A DNA stretch of 63,071 nt, filler included, from Octopus bimaculoides (taxonomy: Eukaryota), in assembly GCF_001194135.2 (NCBI RefSeq). It is 3 parts of 3 records of this genome, joined end to end, with 100 filler letters (N's around TTAATTAATTAA, not from the genome) between each part and the next. Parts side by side here need not be neighbours in the genome. Positions count along the whole stretch, not along the records: positions 1 to 31,938 come from NC_068995.1; 2 more parts are not named here. One strand, written 5' to 3'. The notes beneath the pieces are model-generated. The model saw only the letters and a program-made list of their open reading frames with translations. It was not told where the DNA came from and made no database searches. This document shows, one piece after another, positions 1 through 13,522 of this stretch. The translations under genes were made by a program, and so were the position numbers. Within the stretch, counting starts at the first letter, position 1, and the number at the start of each line of letters is the position of its first letter.

Positions 1-75
<75 letters not shown>

Positions 76-333
76 TGTGTGTTTGTGTGTGTATGTATGT
101 ATACCTGTGTGGACGTCCGTGTGTGTGCATTTATAAGTATTTATTTAGAAAGGTGCCTAAAAGCCACAGAGAGAAAACGAGAGAAATCCCGGTGTGCCAC
201 ACGCGTCATTAGTTCATGTTTAATGAGTGCTCTCTCTTAATCATATTTTATGGTCAGTGTACATATAACGAAGACAATCACACTCACTTGTACACATATT
301 CGCACACATACACACTTCGTTGTGTGTGTGTAT

Positions 334-419
<86 letters not shown>

Positions 420-1288
420 CATGTATGTATGTATGTATATATCTATATAATTATATCTATCTATCTATTTGTGTTTGTGTGTGTGTATGTGTGTCAGCGA
501 AAGTGTCACTTTGATAGATCGTAGAATCCTTCCTGTTTATGTTTCCTCTCTTGGGATGTGTCAATTAGATGAGATCTTCTGATTCAGTTAAACGACGTCG
601 CAATATGCTGTCACTAATGTTCTATATTTATTTTGCTGCGTTTTCCTCTTCTTACGCCATGAATTTACTGTTGTGTTTTTTTGCTGTTGTTGTTGCTCGT
701 ATTCTACTAGAGTTTGTTTTTCTTGAACGTGCTCCACTTTAGTCTGTGCACAGACGTGTCCAAGCAAATGACGAATCAGCTATTTCTAACATACATATAT
801 GCTCAAGAGTGTAATGTCGGAGAAATGTGTTCGAAATATAATACAGGAAACTATTTGCTGAATGCGCCGGTCTTTTTGCCTTCTTTTCCTTTTCAGTATT
901 AATATCCATTGCTTTCCTGCTTTTTTCCTTCTATTTTGTATCTTATCAAGCATTCATAAGTTCCTGAGAGACGTTCAGTCCCCACTTAGCAGTCTAAATG
1001 GTAGCGTTTCTCTCTACACGTGCCCTGGTATGACCGCAGTCTAATAACTGAAACATTCAAAACATAAAGAATAAACGTGAAAGGGACATGGAAAGGGACA
1101 TGCAGGTTCAGGGACATGGAAGACACTTCCTTTACACTTTTCCCTCGAGACTCTGGTTTCAGTAAACTGTTATGCTATGAAGAACAAAGAACATCTTGGA
1201 CAAGGATATTACATTTATATTCGACGCGCGCAGTTACTGTCGATGTTCCCGACATCATCCATTCATAGAGCAATATGAACAGCCATGA

Positions 1289-1452
1289 GGGCGGCGAGCT
1301 AGCAGAATAGTTAGCACGCTTAGCAGTACAAATTCCGCCGAGGTGGACTTCACCTTTGATACTTTCGGTGTCGATTAAATGAGTAATCACTTTGCCTATC
1401 TTTGTTTGTCCCCTCTATGTTTAGCTCCCTGTGGGCAATAAAGAAATAAATA
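1289..1452 (+). mobile_element. SINE family A copy, internally deleted
   Basis: Shares gttagcacg, aaattccgccgaggt and ttcggtgtcgattaaatgagta with the copy at 50917, plus the tail tttgtcccctctatgtttagctccctgtgggcaataaagaaata. Confidence 0.85.
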
Positions 1453-3639
1453 TGAACATCACTCAGTAAGAAAACACAACTATCATTTCGGTGTCACTGA
1501 TGGAAATCTCTATTGGATTGAAGCCATCATCTGTAAATACTAGTTCATATATCAAGGTTCACATATTGCTAGACTACTCTTTATAGCTTAACAAGGCTTC
1601 ATTTACTGAGTAACTTTAAGAACTTAGTGCAAATACTATTTTATGTACGTTATAAAAATGTTAATAACATCTACTGAAATGTATAATCTATTTTGAATTT
1701 CTCACAAAACAAGGAAGGCGACAATATCTGTCAATCTGTCGCTCTGTATGTCTATCTGACCGTGTGTGTATCTAATTATGTATCTTTATATANNNNNNNN
1801 NNNNNNNNNNNNNNNNNNNNNNNNNNNNNNNNNNNNNNNNNNNNNNNNNNNNNNNNNNNNNNNNNNNNNNNNNNNNNNNNNNNNNNNNNNNNNNNNNNNN
1901 NNNNNNNNNNNTATATATATATATGGAATTTCTCACAAAACCAAGGACGGCGTCAATACCTGTCAATCTGTCTGTCTGTATGTATGTTTATCTCTCCATG
2001 TGTTTGTCTGCCTGTCTGCCTGTCTGTCCATGTGTTTATCTATTTATATATGTATATATATGTATGTATATGGATATACAAACATACACCAGCAGAAATA
2101 AATTTGTGTGTTGGTGCGTATGTGTTTTTAAAATTCTCCAAATTAATTCGAGTCGTAATAAACACCCTGGAGGCACATCCATTTTCCTTGGAAGTGTGCC
2201 TCTAATTTGGCACAGCATCTGCGACCTTTTATTTCTTTAATTTCTGCTTGTTTTCATTCTAATTCTCCTGCATAAATTTATGCCTACTTTTACATTCTGT
2301 CTTTTATATATTTTCGTTGCTGGTATGTTTCTTTTTCTATCTGTTTATGTGTTTTGCGAATTAGAACGCATATTTGCTATTTACTCAACTAAGGTGTCGC
2401 GGTAGAGACTTGATCAACACTTCCAAAACAAGGACCTGCTATCAATGTCGTCTCCGTGCCGTCATATTTTTTCACATTGTCACCAACACCTGCCCCGCCA
2501 AAGGTATGCCCCCCATATGGTGCTGCTGCTGCTCTTCTCCTGCTCCCCTCCTGCTTNNNNNNNNNNNNNNNNNNNNNNNNNNNNNNNNNNNNNNNNNNNN
2601 NNNNNNNNNNNNNNNNNNNNNNNNNNNNNNNNNNNNNNNNNNNNNNNNNNNNNNNNNNNNNNNNNNNNNNNNNNNNNNNNNNNNNNNNNNNNNNNNNNNN
2701 NNNNNNNNNNNNNNNNNNNNNNNNNNNNNNNNNNNNNNNNNNNNNNNNNNNNNNNNNNNNNNNNNNNNNNNNNNNNNNNNNNNNNNNNNNNNNNNNNNNN
2801 NNNNNNNNNNNNNNNNNNNNNNNNNNNNNNNNNNNNNNNNNNNNNNNNNNNNNNNNTATATATATTCCTTCGACTTATAGATATGGTAGAATGGTAACAA
2901 CAGAGAATGTCTTCTGGTAACTACATGAGATATTTAATCAAATATGTTTGACCGATGTAAATCCTAATTAAATATAGTACATTGCAAAAGTACACTTTAT
3001 ACGTTAGACATTTACTATAATGTAATTGATGGAAATGTTATCTCGATATGACTTTTATTGATCCACTCATACAAGTTATAAAGATTGCTTGTTTCACTGG
3101 ATTAGCTACATCGTATATATTTTCATAACAGCTACAATACCTTTTGGATGTTCACAAATATAAGTTTTCTTTTGGAAGAAAGAGCACTGCAATGCAAAGA
3201 TCAGACGAATGTACGATCGAAGATCCATTACTTCGATAGTAGTTTCACGTCACTTAGAACAAAAATGACCTTGCCTAGGCATAGGTACTTTACATACATA
3301 CTCCCATTTGAGTAATCGTTTCCCTGCGATAGACTGCCAAACGTTCGATTTGATGTTTTCCTGTATCTCCGTTAGTGCTTTGCATTCGTTTCTTATCTTC
3401 AAATGCTGTGCCGTAGGTCATCGATTTTGTAGAGCATAAGAAAATATAGCCGCTGTATTTAGTTACATAAATTTACATTGTAAGCTGAAATTCTGTGCAA
3501 GTATGTAAAACATTGATAAAATTCAAAACCATCGCAATGATGCAACAATTTCACATTCACTTTAGGCATTCTAGATGTAAATAGATTTCGTTTGTCAACC
3601 CTTTTCTGCTCGTGTCTTTAATCTTTTATCTTTCACTAG

Positions 3640-3725
3640 TTGAACGGTTTAGTCGAACAAATCGTCTCCAATACGTATTGTTTTAGAGACTGTTACTTGT
3701 TCTAACGGTTCTCTTTAACCCGGAC
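3640..3725 (+). CDS. Candidate exon A of an unassigned multi-microexon gene; 5' boundary uncertain (3640 or 3687)
   Basis: Acceptor cttttatctttcactag at 3639, donor GAC|gtaagt at 3726. It reads (x)ERFSRTNRLQYVLF*RLLLVLTVLFNPD with one in-frame TAG at 3684-3686. An alternative acceptor ttttag at 3686 gives a stop-free 39-nt exon, RLLLVLTVLFNPD. Confidence 0.35.
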
Positions 3726-4508
3726 GTAAGTTACGAAGACACAGATAAAACAACAATATTAACAGCCCTTATTGTTTGTTTTCAATGTCTTGTCTTTACT
3801 GTGTCACTGTCCTGTTGTTGTTAACTACGATTTAATCAGAGATCCAATACAAACGAGTATCAATACTGAGAATTTTTAGTATGGTATTGTAACACTTTTT
3901 AATACCAAGGTACATTACTGTGATGAAATCTGTTCACTTCTTTCATTAGTGTCTTAACGTTAAGCCCGATAATCCAAATATTCAGAATTGTTGGAGCATC
4001 CACATAATGCCTACGGTATCATAATAATATGAATTGTCAGTGCAAGTTCAAATAACGTTTATATGTATACCAACACAAATTAATTTTTCGTGTATATGTA
4101 CCAAAACTAGCACGAATAACTACTATGGAGAGATGACATTGTAACGTTCGTAAATTTCCTAAGGAAGATAGTTGCATATGTCGAATGACCTTGTGCCAAC
4201 TGAGAATCAAATCAGGTCAAAACCTTGACTTTTTATGGTCCTGTAACATAAATACCATATTAGATATGGAGATTAGGCATGAAGGAATGTATAGTTCTTT
4301 CTCAATGCAATGAACAGTGAATATAGATGTTAAAATCAGTTCAGTGATTATTGGATATTTAGTTAAAATAGATTTCTAAAATATTGTACGAAACTGAATT
4401 TGCTATCGGATCGTAACCCACTGAAGCAAAAAAGAACTTATGGATTGTTCAAGTGAAAGAATATTCCTAATATTATTGACATAAGAATAAATGTATACAT
4501 TTATTTAG

Positions 4509-4530
4509 GTCGATCAGCTGTTTAACTATA
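4509..4530 (+). CDS. Candidate 22-nt microexon B (VDQLFNY)
   Basis: atttatttag|...TATA|gtatat. Phase 0 to 1 bridges exon A and exon C exactly. The donor is weak. Confidence 0.35.
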
Positions 4531-4625
4531 GTATATGAATATGGGTTTCATAACAAGCCTACTTTACCATTCTCTGAACCAAGAGCTAGGCAACTGTAAT
4601 GGGAATTTAAAAAGTTCTCTTATAG

Positions 4626-4720
4626 GGAAGATTAAAAGAAGGTCAGCGGATAATATTCCACTAGATTGGGCAAGTTCAGAAGTAGATAAATTTTTCCACG
4701 TGATCGGATATCAATCTTAC
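4626..4720 (+). CDS. Candidate exon C (KIKRRSADNIPLDWASSEVDKFFHVIGYQSY)
   Basis: ttctcttatag| acceptor, TAC|gtatga donor, 95 nt, phase 1 to 0, open, non-repetitive protein-like composition. Confidence 0.6.
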
Positions 4721-5398
4721 GTATGAATTCAAAACTCTTATGCTTTTCCTGTATAAGGTCATTTAAGGTGAAGATAGTTAATGTATGTGCATATCATAAA
4801 TACATTAATACGAATTTTGCGAATCAGACGCATAACAAATTCATGATTACTGAATTATTTGAAGAATTATTGAACGAATATTGTGTCTATTGGTTCTGTA
4901 TCGACAGACACGTGATATAGTAATTTATTAGGGAGAAAGTAGATTGCCATATCTAATCTAATTTGTGAGTCATTATATATGACAGAATTTTAGGACAACT
5001 AAATATAGCATTCAGCGTGTGAATTGTTCCTCAATGTATCATTTTACAATATAACTATATTTTCCCTGATACATTACACAAAGACGAAAGATTCGGTTAC
5101 TTACCAATTTGCACTATAGAGATCACTGAAATGGTAAAATGAAAAACTGAGTGAAACGGTAGCGTTAATATTGTTAAAAGTGTAAAAGAACATTCAGTTT
5201 TGGTCCTCTCAGAAATGTAACTATCACTGGAATGGAAATCTGAAATATATATTAGATAATTAATACCCAAGACGAGCTACTATATCACTTTTAAATTTCC
5301 TTTCGAACAAAAGGATGCGTATGGTAGTGAAATATATTCTCTTGCTTGTTAGCCCGAAATAAAAATGATATTACAGTTGTCTACCGTTTCTTTGACAG

Positions 5399-5426
5399 AG
5401 TAGAATAACTGTGGTAGAAGAAGTTG
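5399..5426 (+). CDS. Candidate 28-nt microexon D (SRITVVEEV)
   Basis: ccgtttctttgacag| acceptor, TTG|gtaagg donor. Phase 0 to 1 matches both neighbours. Confidence 0.6.
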
Positions 5427-5701
5427 GTAAGGATATTGTATTTGTGACTTATCTCAATTAATGAGAATCGAAACTCCTTATCTAGTAAGTTTAGAGAGCG
5501 ACTAATCCAGTATATATCATGGGTTGTTCCAGCATGTTAATTGCTAAAGAAATATATATTTCCTTAAACATTGAAGGTGTTTTGCTAATTAATAAAAAAA
5601 GATTTATGGAATTTGTAATTACAATATTCGTCATAAAAACAGTTACTAAAAACTGTCTAATGCATTCTGTATAAAACCCTTGAATACTGTTTATCTTTAA
5701 G

Positions 5702-5782
5702 GACAGCAATATCCGTATCGATTTCGACAATATAGCGTCAATGAGATGGAGTTTCTCGGTCAAACCAGTAGACGTTTCCGAA
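5702..5782 (+). CDS. Candidate exon E (GQQYPYRFRQYSVNEMEFLGQTSRRFR)
   Basis: ctgtttatctttaag| acceptor, GAA|gtacgt donor, 81 nt, phase 1 to 1, open, locally higher GC. Confidence 0.6.
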
Positions 5783-7511
5783 GTACGTTTTGAGCTTATG
5801 CACACGTGTACCAGGTACCTGGTTGTGATTAAATGTTATTACGTATACATAACATATATAAATATTCACAAAATCCTTAGTGTCTACTTTTTTTCATGGC
5901 AGGGTCGTATGTATGCAACATACTAAATGAAAGCCTCGATAAAATGTGATTATCAATGCCATTATTATTGAAGATGTCCCTCATGATATATTTACGTGCT
6001 AAAAACAGTAACCAAGTGAGATAACTATAATGATATCAGCCAACCAAACGTTCTCTGATATACTTGCCTCTAGCCCTATTGTTGCATGTCAGATATTAAG
6101 TACATGCGTGGCGCACCCATGCACCAATACACACACACATACACACATACACCGACATGCAGAAACACGCACAGCTACATTTGTTGATACTTACATACCT
6201 GCTTCTATACAAACACATAGACACAGATCCCCATATATAAGTTCATGTGAGTATCTGTGCGCATATAAGAGAATGAATTGATATATCTTTCACCAATGAA
6301 AACATAAGCAGCAAAAATCCAAAATGGATTAGTTGTTTGAGTGAATTTTCATGCAATTATTTATATTAACCTGAATAACAGACATTCCCTTGTCACTCGT
6401 AATTTCAGAAATACTACGAATAAACGAATGTTGTACTGAAAAAGTATGGCCAGCGACGTTGTTCTCTACTATCTGCTGTTGAAGTAAATACACCTACCGT
6501 TTAAGCATTAATTTTATATAAACCGACATCATAAACATGTCCTCTTGTCATAGTTACATATAAAATATCTTTATATTTAATAACTACCCATACTTCTGGT
6601 TTATTTAATTAATTTATTTATCTATTTCCTATTTATTTTCCTCAAATTTCATTACATTTATTTATTTATTTATTCATTCATTCCTTTTTTTACTAATATT
6701 ATCTTCTTTGACACCTGATCATAGATTACACTTATACTTACATAAAAATTAATAGTCTTTCTTTCATTCTCTCTCTCTCCTTCTCTCACTCCCTCTCTTT
6801 ATTTATTTCTATTTATGTACATACCTATACATAGAATACTTATATTGATTCATTTGTTTAGATATAAATCTATCATATAATATAAAAGCCATTAATCACG
6901 AAGGAAAAAAATATATATATAATCCTAACTCGTGTATTTATCTGAGTTAAATATATGACGAAAGCGAACAATTTTATACATATACTTAGAGAGATATATA
7001 TAGGGAAAAAAAATTATGTATTAAAAATTTAACCATGCATACACAATTTTACTTATTTACCCGACTTTCATCACATTTATAGTTAGAACAAACACTGCAG
7101 AGATGCAAAGACATAAAATTACTTATTTAACTAACGATTATCTTAATAGATTAGTTCGATGTTTACAAACGTGTCTTGCGTTGTTGAATTCTTTTTCGAC
7201 TATTTACTAGTTTGTAGCTGTTCATGCTTAATTTCCTTAACTCTATTTATACATCAAACAGAGTCATTTCAATGTGTTTGCATGTAGATCTGTGTTTATG
7301 ATTGTCTGTTAAATGTGTGTGTATTTCAAGTTTCTCTATTCGGTATTGTCATGTTCACTGTAAAAAAAATTGTTCGTCTTCAACTATATAAATGAATAAG
7401 TGAATAAATGAAAGAACGAATTCTGTGTTTCTGTGTATCTATCAATGTAGCTATATTTCTGTTTTTCTATATCCTGATAAAAATAATGTGAATCATTATA
7501 TTCCCCTCTAG

Positions 7512-7538
7512 AATATGATTTCGCAACCATTGGACTTG
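7512..7538 (+). CDS. Candidate 27-nt microexon F (KYDFATIGL)
   Basis: attatattcccctctag| acceptor, TTG|gtgaat donor, phase 1 to 1. Confidence 0.55.
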
Positions 7539-7751
7539 GTGAATATGTTTATGTGTACGCTGTTGTGAAGATTGCCTTTCTTTGATCCTTTTGTGTGTGT
7601 CATTATATTTCTACATATGTTTATCTATGTTTGTATTCGAGGTAGAAAAAAAAAGTAACAGCAAACATGTTCAAGGTATTGATTGAACGTTTTTGGATTC
7701 CCTCTATTCTGCTTTGAGTGGATATATACGTTTTCTTATAATGCAACGTGA

Positions 7752-7784
<33 letters not shown>

Positions 7785-7909
7785 NNNNNNNNNNNNNNNN
7801 NNNNNNNNNNNNNNNNNNNNNNNNNNNNNNNNNNNNNNNNNNNNNNNNNNNNNNNNCATATTCACAAACGTATACATACAAACAAAATCAAGCAACATGA
7901 TTATATGCA

Positions 7910-7943
<34 letters not shown>

Positions 7944-8639
7944 TACATACGCGTATATATATGCGCGTGTGCGTTTATATATATATATATATATATATAT
8001 AAATATATAATGTATATGGGTATATGCTGATACTTACAGCATTATATGAGTTCGTACCTGCCTATGTGCGTGGGTGTATTTGCGTGTGTATGAGTACGTT
8101 ATTCGTGCGATTAAATCGTTATTTTGTTTTGGTTTGTTTTTACGTGATTCAAATTATTCAGGCATTTCCAAAAATTCATGATTTTGTTATTTTGTTATAG
8201 AGCATTGGATATTTACACCCTCTTTTTTGTGTTAAAAGTACATTTCATAATAGTCTTTGTGTTATACATGCATTTTCATCATCAAAAATAGTCTATGGAA
8301 TTAAGATTTTAATTCCAATGAGCATTGTTATGTCTTTGAAGATGTCTATCTCATATTTCACGGGCTATTCCTAACGAAAAAAAAATCATATGTCAAATAA
8401 CCATTCCTTCCTATTATGAAGTGGGGTTAGAAATTTGAATTTAAACTCATGGGATATCAGGGGAAGGTTCTAATTTTTTTGTTTCCTATTACGAACATAA
8501 TAGAATTTCTAGATGGTGTATATAATACATAAGACTATTTCATTCTGTTTAGAAATCATGAGTATGATATAACCTATGGTTTATGAATTAAATATTCTTT
8601 TACGAAGTGAGATGCTTCACTAAAAATGTAAATATTGAA

Positions 8640-9100
8640 AATCTGGAGGAAAGTAATGGAGCGTGATTTTGTACAATAAATTGTTAATCTGTTTCATCGG
8701 ACTAAGCTGAAAATCATACGGCACTAACATTTACAAGACATTGTTACGAACGAAAAACAATTTCATAATTGGATACTCTTCGCCAATATAGAAGGGGATT
8801 TGTTACATTACCAGCCACTTGAGGTTGGTCAACTTAAAAAATGTCTACTTGTCCACTCCTGAAGATCATTATTCACGGAGAATTATAAGAAAATACGCAT
8901 CCTCTAGGTGCACAATCTCGGCGACACAAGGATCAAATTAAGCATTTAACGATTCGGCATTTAATGTCGATTTGAAGAAGAGAATGTAGAAATTTGCTCT
9001 GATTCTGGAAGAATTTGATGACAATGAAGGCACATTCTATGCCGCCCAAGTGAGAGCAGATTAAAGTAGCCGAAACGTTATGATCCTGAAACGAGGGTTC
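8640..9100 (+). mobile_element. Highly degraded Gypsy-type integrase C-terminus
   Basis: Broken frames give SNG..ERDFVQ, LFHRTKLKIIRH, RRHKDQIK (8919-8942) and SRLK*PKRYDP (about 9058-9087), resembling the end of Gypsy pol proteins. Confidence 0.5.
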
Positions 9101-9238
9101 ACTACATGGAATGGGCGCAAAATGCTTCTCGAAGACTGAGGTTCAAAAGCCACCGATCAGCCAATTATGTCATATCAACTGTCTTTTAAATGGTAAGGGT
9201 GCCATTATCCTTGACTCCTTAAATCTTGGAAAGGTGAT

Positions 9239-9853
9239 TGTACAACAGACGGTACATTGAAGAGAGTTGGGTAGTCAAGAGAGGAAGAGGGAGAACAAGA
9301 ATCTGAAAATGATGCACATTGCTGATGGCAATGTTCGGTCACANNNNNNNNNNNNNNNNNNNNNNNNNNNNNNNNNNNNNNNNNNNNNNNNNNNNNNNNN
9401 NNNNNNNNNNCTTGGAAAGGTGATTGTACAACAGACGGTACATTGAAGAGAGTTGGGTAGTCAAGAGAGGAAGAGGGAGAACAAGAATCTGAAAATGATG
9501 CACATTGCTGATGGCAATGTTCGGTCACACACATCTTTAGCAACGCATCTAACAAAAGGCAAATTAATTTGGTCAGTAATACACCGTTCACTGTATATCC
9601 TGGATGTGGTGCTCTCCGTTTTCCAACTGTTTGGTTCAATGAAGGAATTGCTCCAGGAACACAAACGAGATGAAAGTGGCTGTGAAGAATAAGATGCGTT
9701 TAATGGAGGAGAAAATGAAATATTTGCTGTGCTGACTACGGTGAGTAGTATCACGCTACAGAAGTAGCGTTACTGTACAAAGTTCTGTAATTTGAAGTAT
9801 GTAAGTCAGTTAATGAAAAAGTTACGACTCCTGTAATTAGCTTCAGGACAACA
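9239..9853 (+). mobile_element. Possible LTR (TGT...ACA), inflated by an assembly duplication
   Basis: Purine-rich ggaaagg precedes TGT at 9239. ACA at 9851-9853 is followed by PBS-like ttcggcgatgcag. Confidence 0.3.
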
Positions 9854-10510
9854 TTCGGCGATGCAGTAGAAAATAAGTTTTTATTTCCTCCAGTAACTCT
9901 GAAAAGTAGAAATGAAGAACAGCAATACACGCAAATTTAACTTAAATCAAATTTAAATTGTTCTTGGTTTGTAACTGAAAAATTCTTTATTGCAGGAAAA
10001 TATTGGAAGGTATGCCATATATATTACACTTATCAAAGTCTTTAAGATTCAGAAAGTTTCCAAACCAATAATTATTGTAGCAATAATTATAATTAGAATA
10101 ACGAAATATGTAAGAATGGAAAAGATCACGGAAGTAATGCTGTTTTGTGTTTATAAATATGCATATCAATATTTAGAAATTATGCACACAAAAGATATAC
10201 ACAGACGTGCATACATAAATTTAGTTCTCATCCAAACCCTACCAACCTACGTATGTTTGTATGAGTGAGACGAAGAGTGTGTATGTGTGCATGTAAGTTT
10301 CCATGCCTAAATATAAACAAACGCACGTCCGTTCGCATATCATATATATGTATGTGTATGTATGTGTGTTTGTATGTGTGTATTCGTGTGCGCGCGCATA
10401 TATTTCTGTGTGTGTGTGTGTGTGCGTGCGTATATATACATATTATATACATACATGTATATATATGAATATGTATGTTTACATATATATACATACATAC
10501 ACATATATAC

Positions 10511-10551
<41 letters not shown>

Positions 10552-10638
10552 TTTGTGCACGTTCACAGCAATATGCATGCATGAAAGAATATAATTATTT
10601 CAGTTATATAGACAAATACATTATTATCGACATTAGCA

Positions 10639-10673
<35 letters not shown>

Positions 10674-10907
10674 ATACTGTTATTATAACCATTATGAATA
10701 TTATTAGACGTAGTAGTAGTAGTAGTAGTAGTAGAGGAAGAAATAATAATCTTAATATATATTCTTATTGCTATCGCTATTATTTTTGTTTTCATTAGTC
10801 TACTGTTGATAATTCCTAAGTTCAAAATGCAAAAATAAAAAATCAAGAACAGAAACAACACCAAATACAAGAACATGAATAGCATCAGCAACAACAACAA
10901 CGACATC

Positions 10908-10959
<52 letters not shown>

Positions 10960-11309
10960 TTGGTATTATTAATAGCAACGTACTTCGCGAAAATGACAAA
11001 TTAAAGTATGCATGGCGCAAAGATTAAGGAAAGATTTTATCCCTTCAAGCAAAATATTCTAAACAAAGGAATATCGATTTTAGTCTATTTTACCTCCTTA
11101 AGGTATTAAAAATTCAAAAATTTTCTATTCACTACATAATATTTAGATTTTTGGTTTTAGCTTGAAAACCATCATACATTGCTGCTTGTATATACACTAA
11201 CCGGAAATTCATGAAGTAAACTATACGTGTACACAGGCAGCACATTTGTGTGCATACTTTCAATGTAAAACAAATACTATTGACATATATATACAAACAA
11301 AAAACGTCG

Positions 11310-11350
<41 letters not shown>

Positions 11351-11725
11351 CATATATGTATATACATATATATACATGTATATAAACATATATATACATA
11401 TATATNNNNNNNNNNNNNNNNNNNNNNNNNNNNNNNNNNNNNNNNNNNNNNNNNNNNNNNNNNNNNNNNNNNNNNNNNNNNNNNNNNNNNNNNNNNNNNN
11501 NNNNNNNNNNNNNNNNNNNNNNNNNNNNNNNNNNNNNNNNNNNNNNNNNNNNNNNNNATATATATATACCCACACATATGTATGTATGTCTTCATATATA
11601 TATGTATCTATTTTCATATGCGTGTGTGTATGAGTGTATATATAAAAATTATGTAATATATGTGTGCGTTATATATACATATTTATATAAAAACATAATA
11701 CATATATATATATATATATATAAAG

Positions 11726-11783
<58 letters not shown>

Positions 11784-12128
11784 GTTGACCGTGCGTATGT
11801 TTAATTTAGAATAAATGCCTCAACAAATACACAAAAAGTTACTCATTTGCTGTCAGAAATGATTTCAGAAACCTGCATTTAAATTTCAAAACATTGGAAA
11901 ATATTTGTCTCTTTTCATTATTTCATATATAAAAGACATAATTATTTTATTTTCTTTATTGTTGTTTTCACCTCTACAATGTTCTTCAGTGATTTTTATT
12001 CCCACGTGCCAAACATTCCAGTAACTCTATAATTTCTAATTTTGATCTTGCGTGAAGTTTATCTTTGTATACAGCGTCAGTCATTGGCCGTTTATAAAAT
12101 CTAATCAGTTTTGCTAATTTTCTTTTAG

Positions 12129-12185
12129 CTCACATGGCTCAAGCCAATTTCATCGTTATCAATTTTGACTTAGCTACCAAATCGG
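12129..12185 (+). CDS. Candidate 57-nt exon G (AHMAQANFIVINFDLATKS)
   Basis: Branch-like gctaat plus ttttcttttag| acceptor, CGG|gtaagc donor, phase 1 to 1, open. Confidence 0.6.
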
Positions 12186-12727
12186 GTAAGCCAGAAAACT
12201 AATACATCTTTACAAGAATATCCAGCTCCACTCTGTTTTCAAGTTAGCTGCTGGCGATATATATATACTTTTTTCTTGCTTCTTCAACTAAAATCGAAAT
12301 AGATTTGAGATTATACAGCCACGGAAGGATTTATTTTGCTATGTGTCCAATCATTTCTCCAAATTTAGCCTCTGGTCTATCTAAAATCATTATCTTTCAA
12401 TAAAATTGTTTCCACACATGATCAATAGCTGGTTGAACCTAATTAAAGCGCCATTATATGTAAATATGTTTTCGGAAGAGAGAATATAACAGAGAACTCT
12501 TGTAGTATTTGAAGTTATATTCTTCTTTCTTATACAACATCCTCTTGTAATTCTTCTTAATCTAGCAGAAAACACTTCCGTTGAAGCTAACTCAGCTCGC
12601 TGAAACTATAAAGATGTTTAATACATCAAATTAATTTCCAATACATTAATTATCTAAATAACGTTGCCTATTAATCAAAGCACCGTATATACTATTTACA
12701 CACACACACACATACAGACACACACAT

Positions 12728-12762
<35 letters not shown>

Positions 12763-12839
12763 CCCCACCTATCTCTTTTTCTCTCTCTCTCTCTGTCTAT
12801 CTATATATGTGTGTATATATATATATGCATACACGTATG

Positions 12840-12891
<52 letters not shown>

Positions 12892-13474
12892 AAGCTACGC
12901 GTGCTTTGTAAATCTAAATCAAGACGTACATATAGACTATGGAGTGAAATTACTTTTTGTCTGTAAACACTATCATAAAGCAAAATCAAAATATAAACTG
13001 CAAAAGTTTATTTTTTTAAAAACCACGATACGAATTCAATCCAAGTACTACTTATTACCTCGAATTGATTGATTTTTCGCAAGAATATTGGCAATCTTCG
13101 TTCAGCATGTAATTTAGTAGAATGTTAATTTCAGGTTATTAATACGTTCAAATAACAATACTCTTAGAGATCTATACTTCAAATGCATCGAATTCCGATC
13201 AATATGATAATCATGATATTTAAAATCCTAGGTGTTGAATGTAAGCGCGGATTGAACTAAGCATAGCATCATAATTTATGAGGCAGGTTTATTCTATCTA
13301 ATATTCTAATTCTATTAAATTATGTCCCATTTCCTGATGTTCACGCATATGTATGTATGTTTACGTATATGTATATAATTATATAAATATAAATATAATA
13401 AATATATATACATATAATTATATATATACATATATATATATACATGCATATGTATATATACATATATATTTATA

Positions 13475-13522
<48 letters not shown>

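Noticed and set aside
1696-2045. Diverged duplication either side of the gap at 1793-1911
   Set aside because: It is gap-adjacent and partly simple sequence; uncollapsed haplotypes cannot be excluded.
3660-3725. Resemblance of NRLQ...LLLVLTVLFNPD to a nuclear-receptor ligand-binding motif
   Set aside because: No C4 zinc-finger exons were found and the adjoining exons do not resemble a receptor.
8056-8081. Possible microexon ALYEFVPAY
   Set aside because: It ends in phase 0 and breaks the F to G phase; no other support.
9225-9529. Exact 119-bp direct repeat (9225-9343 / 9411-9529)
   Set aside because: Identical copies abutting a small gap indicate an unmerged contig overlap.
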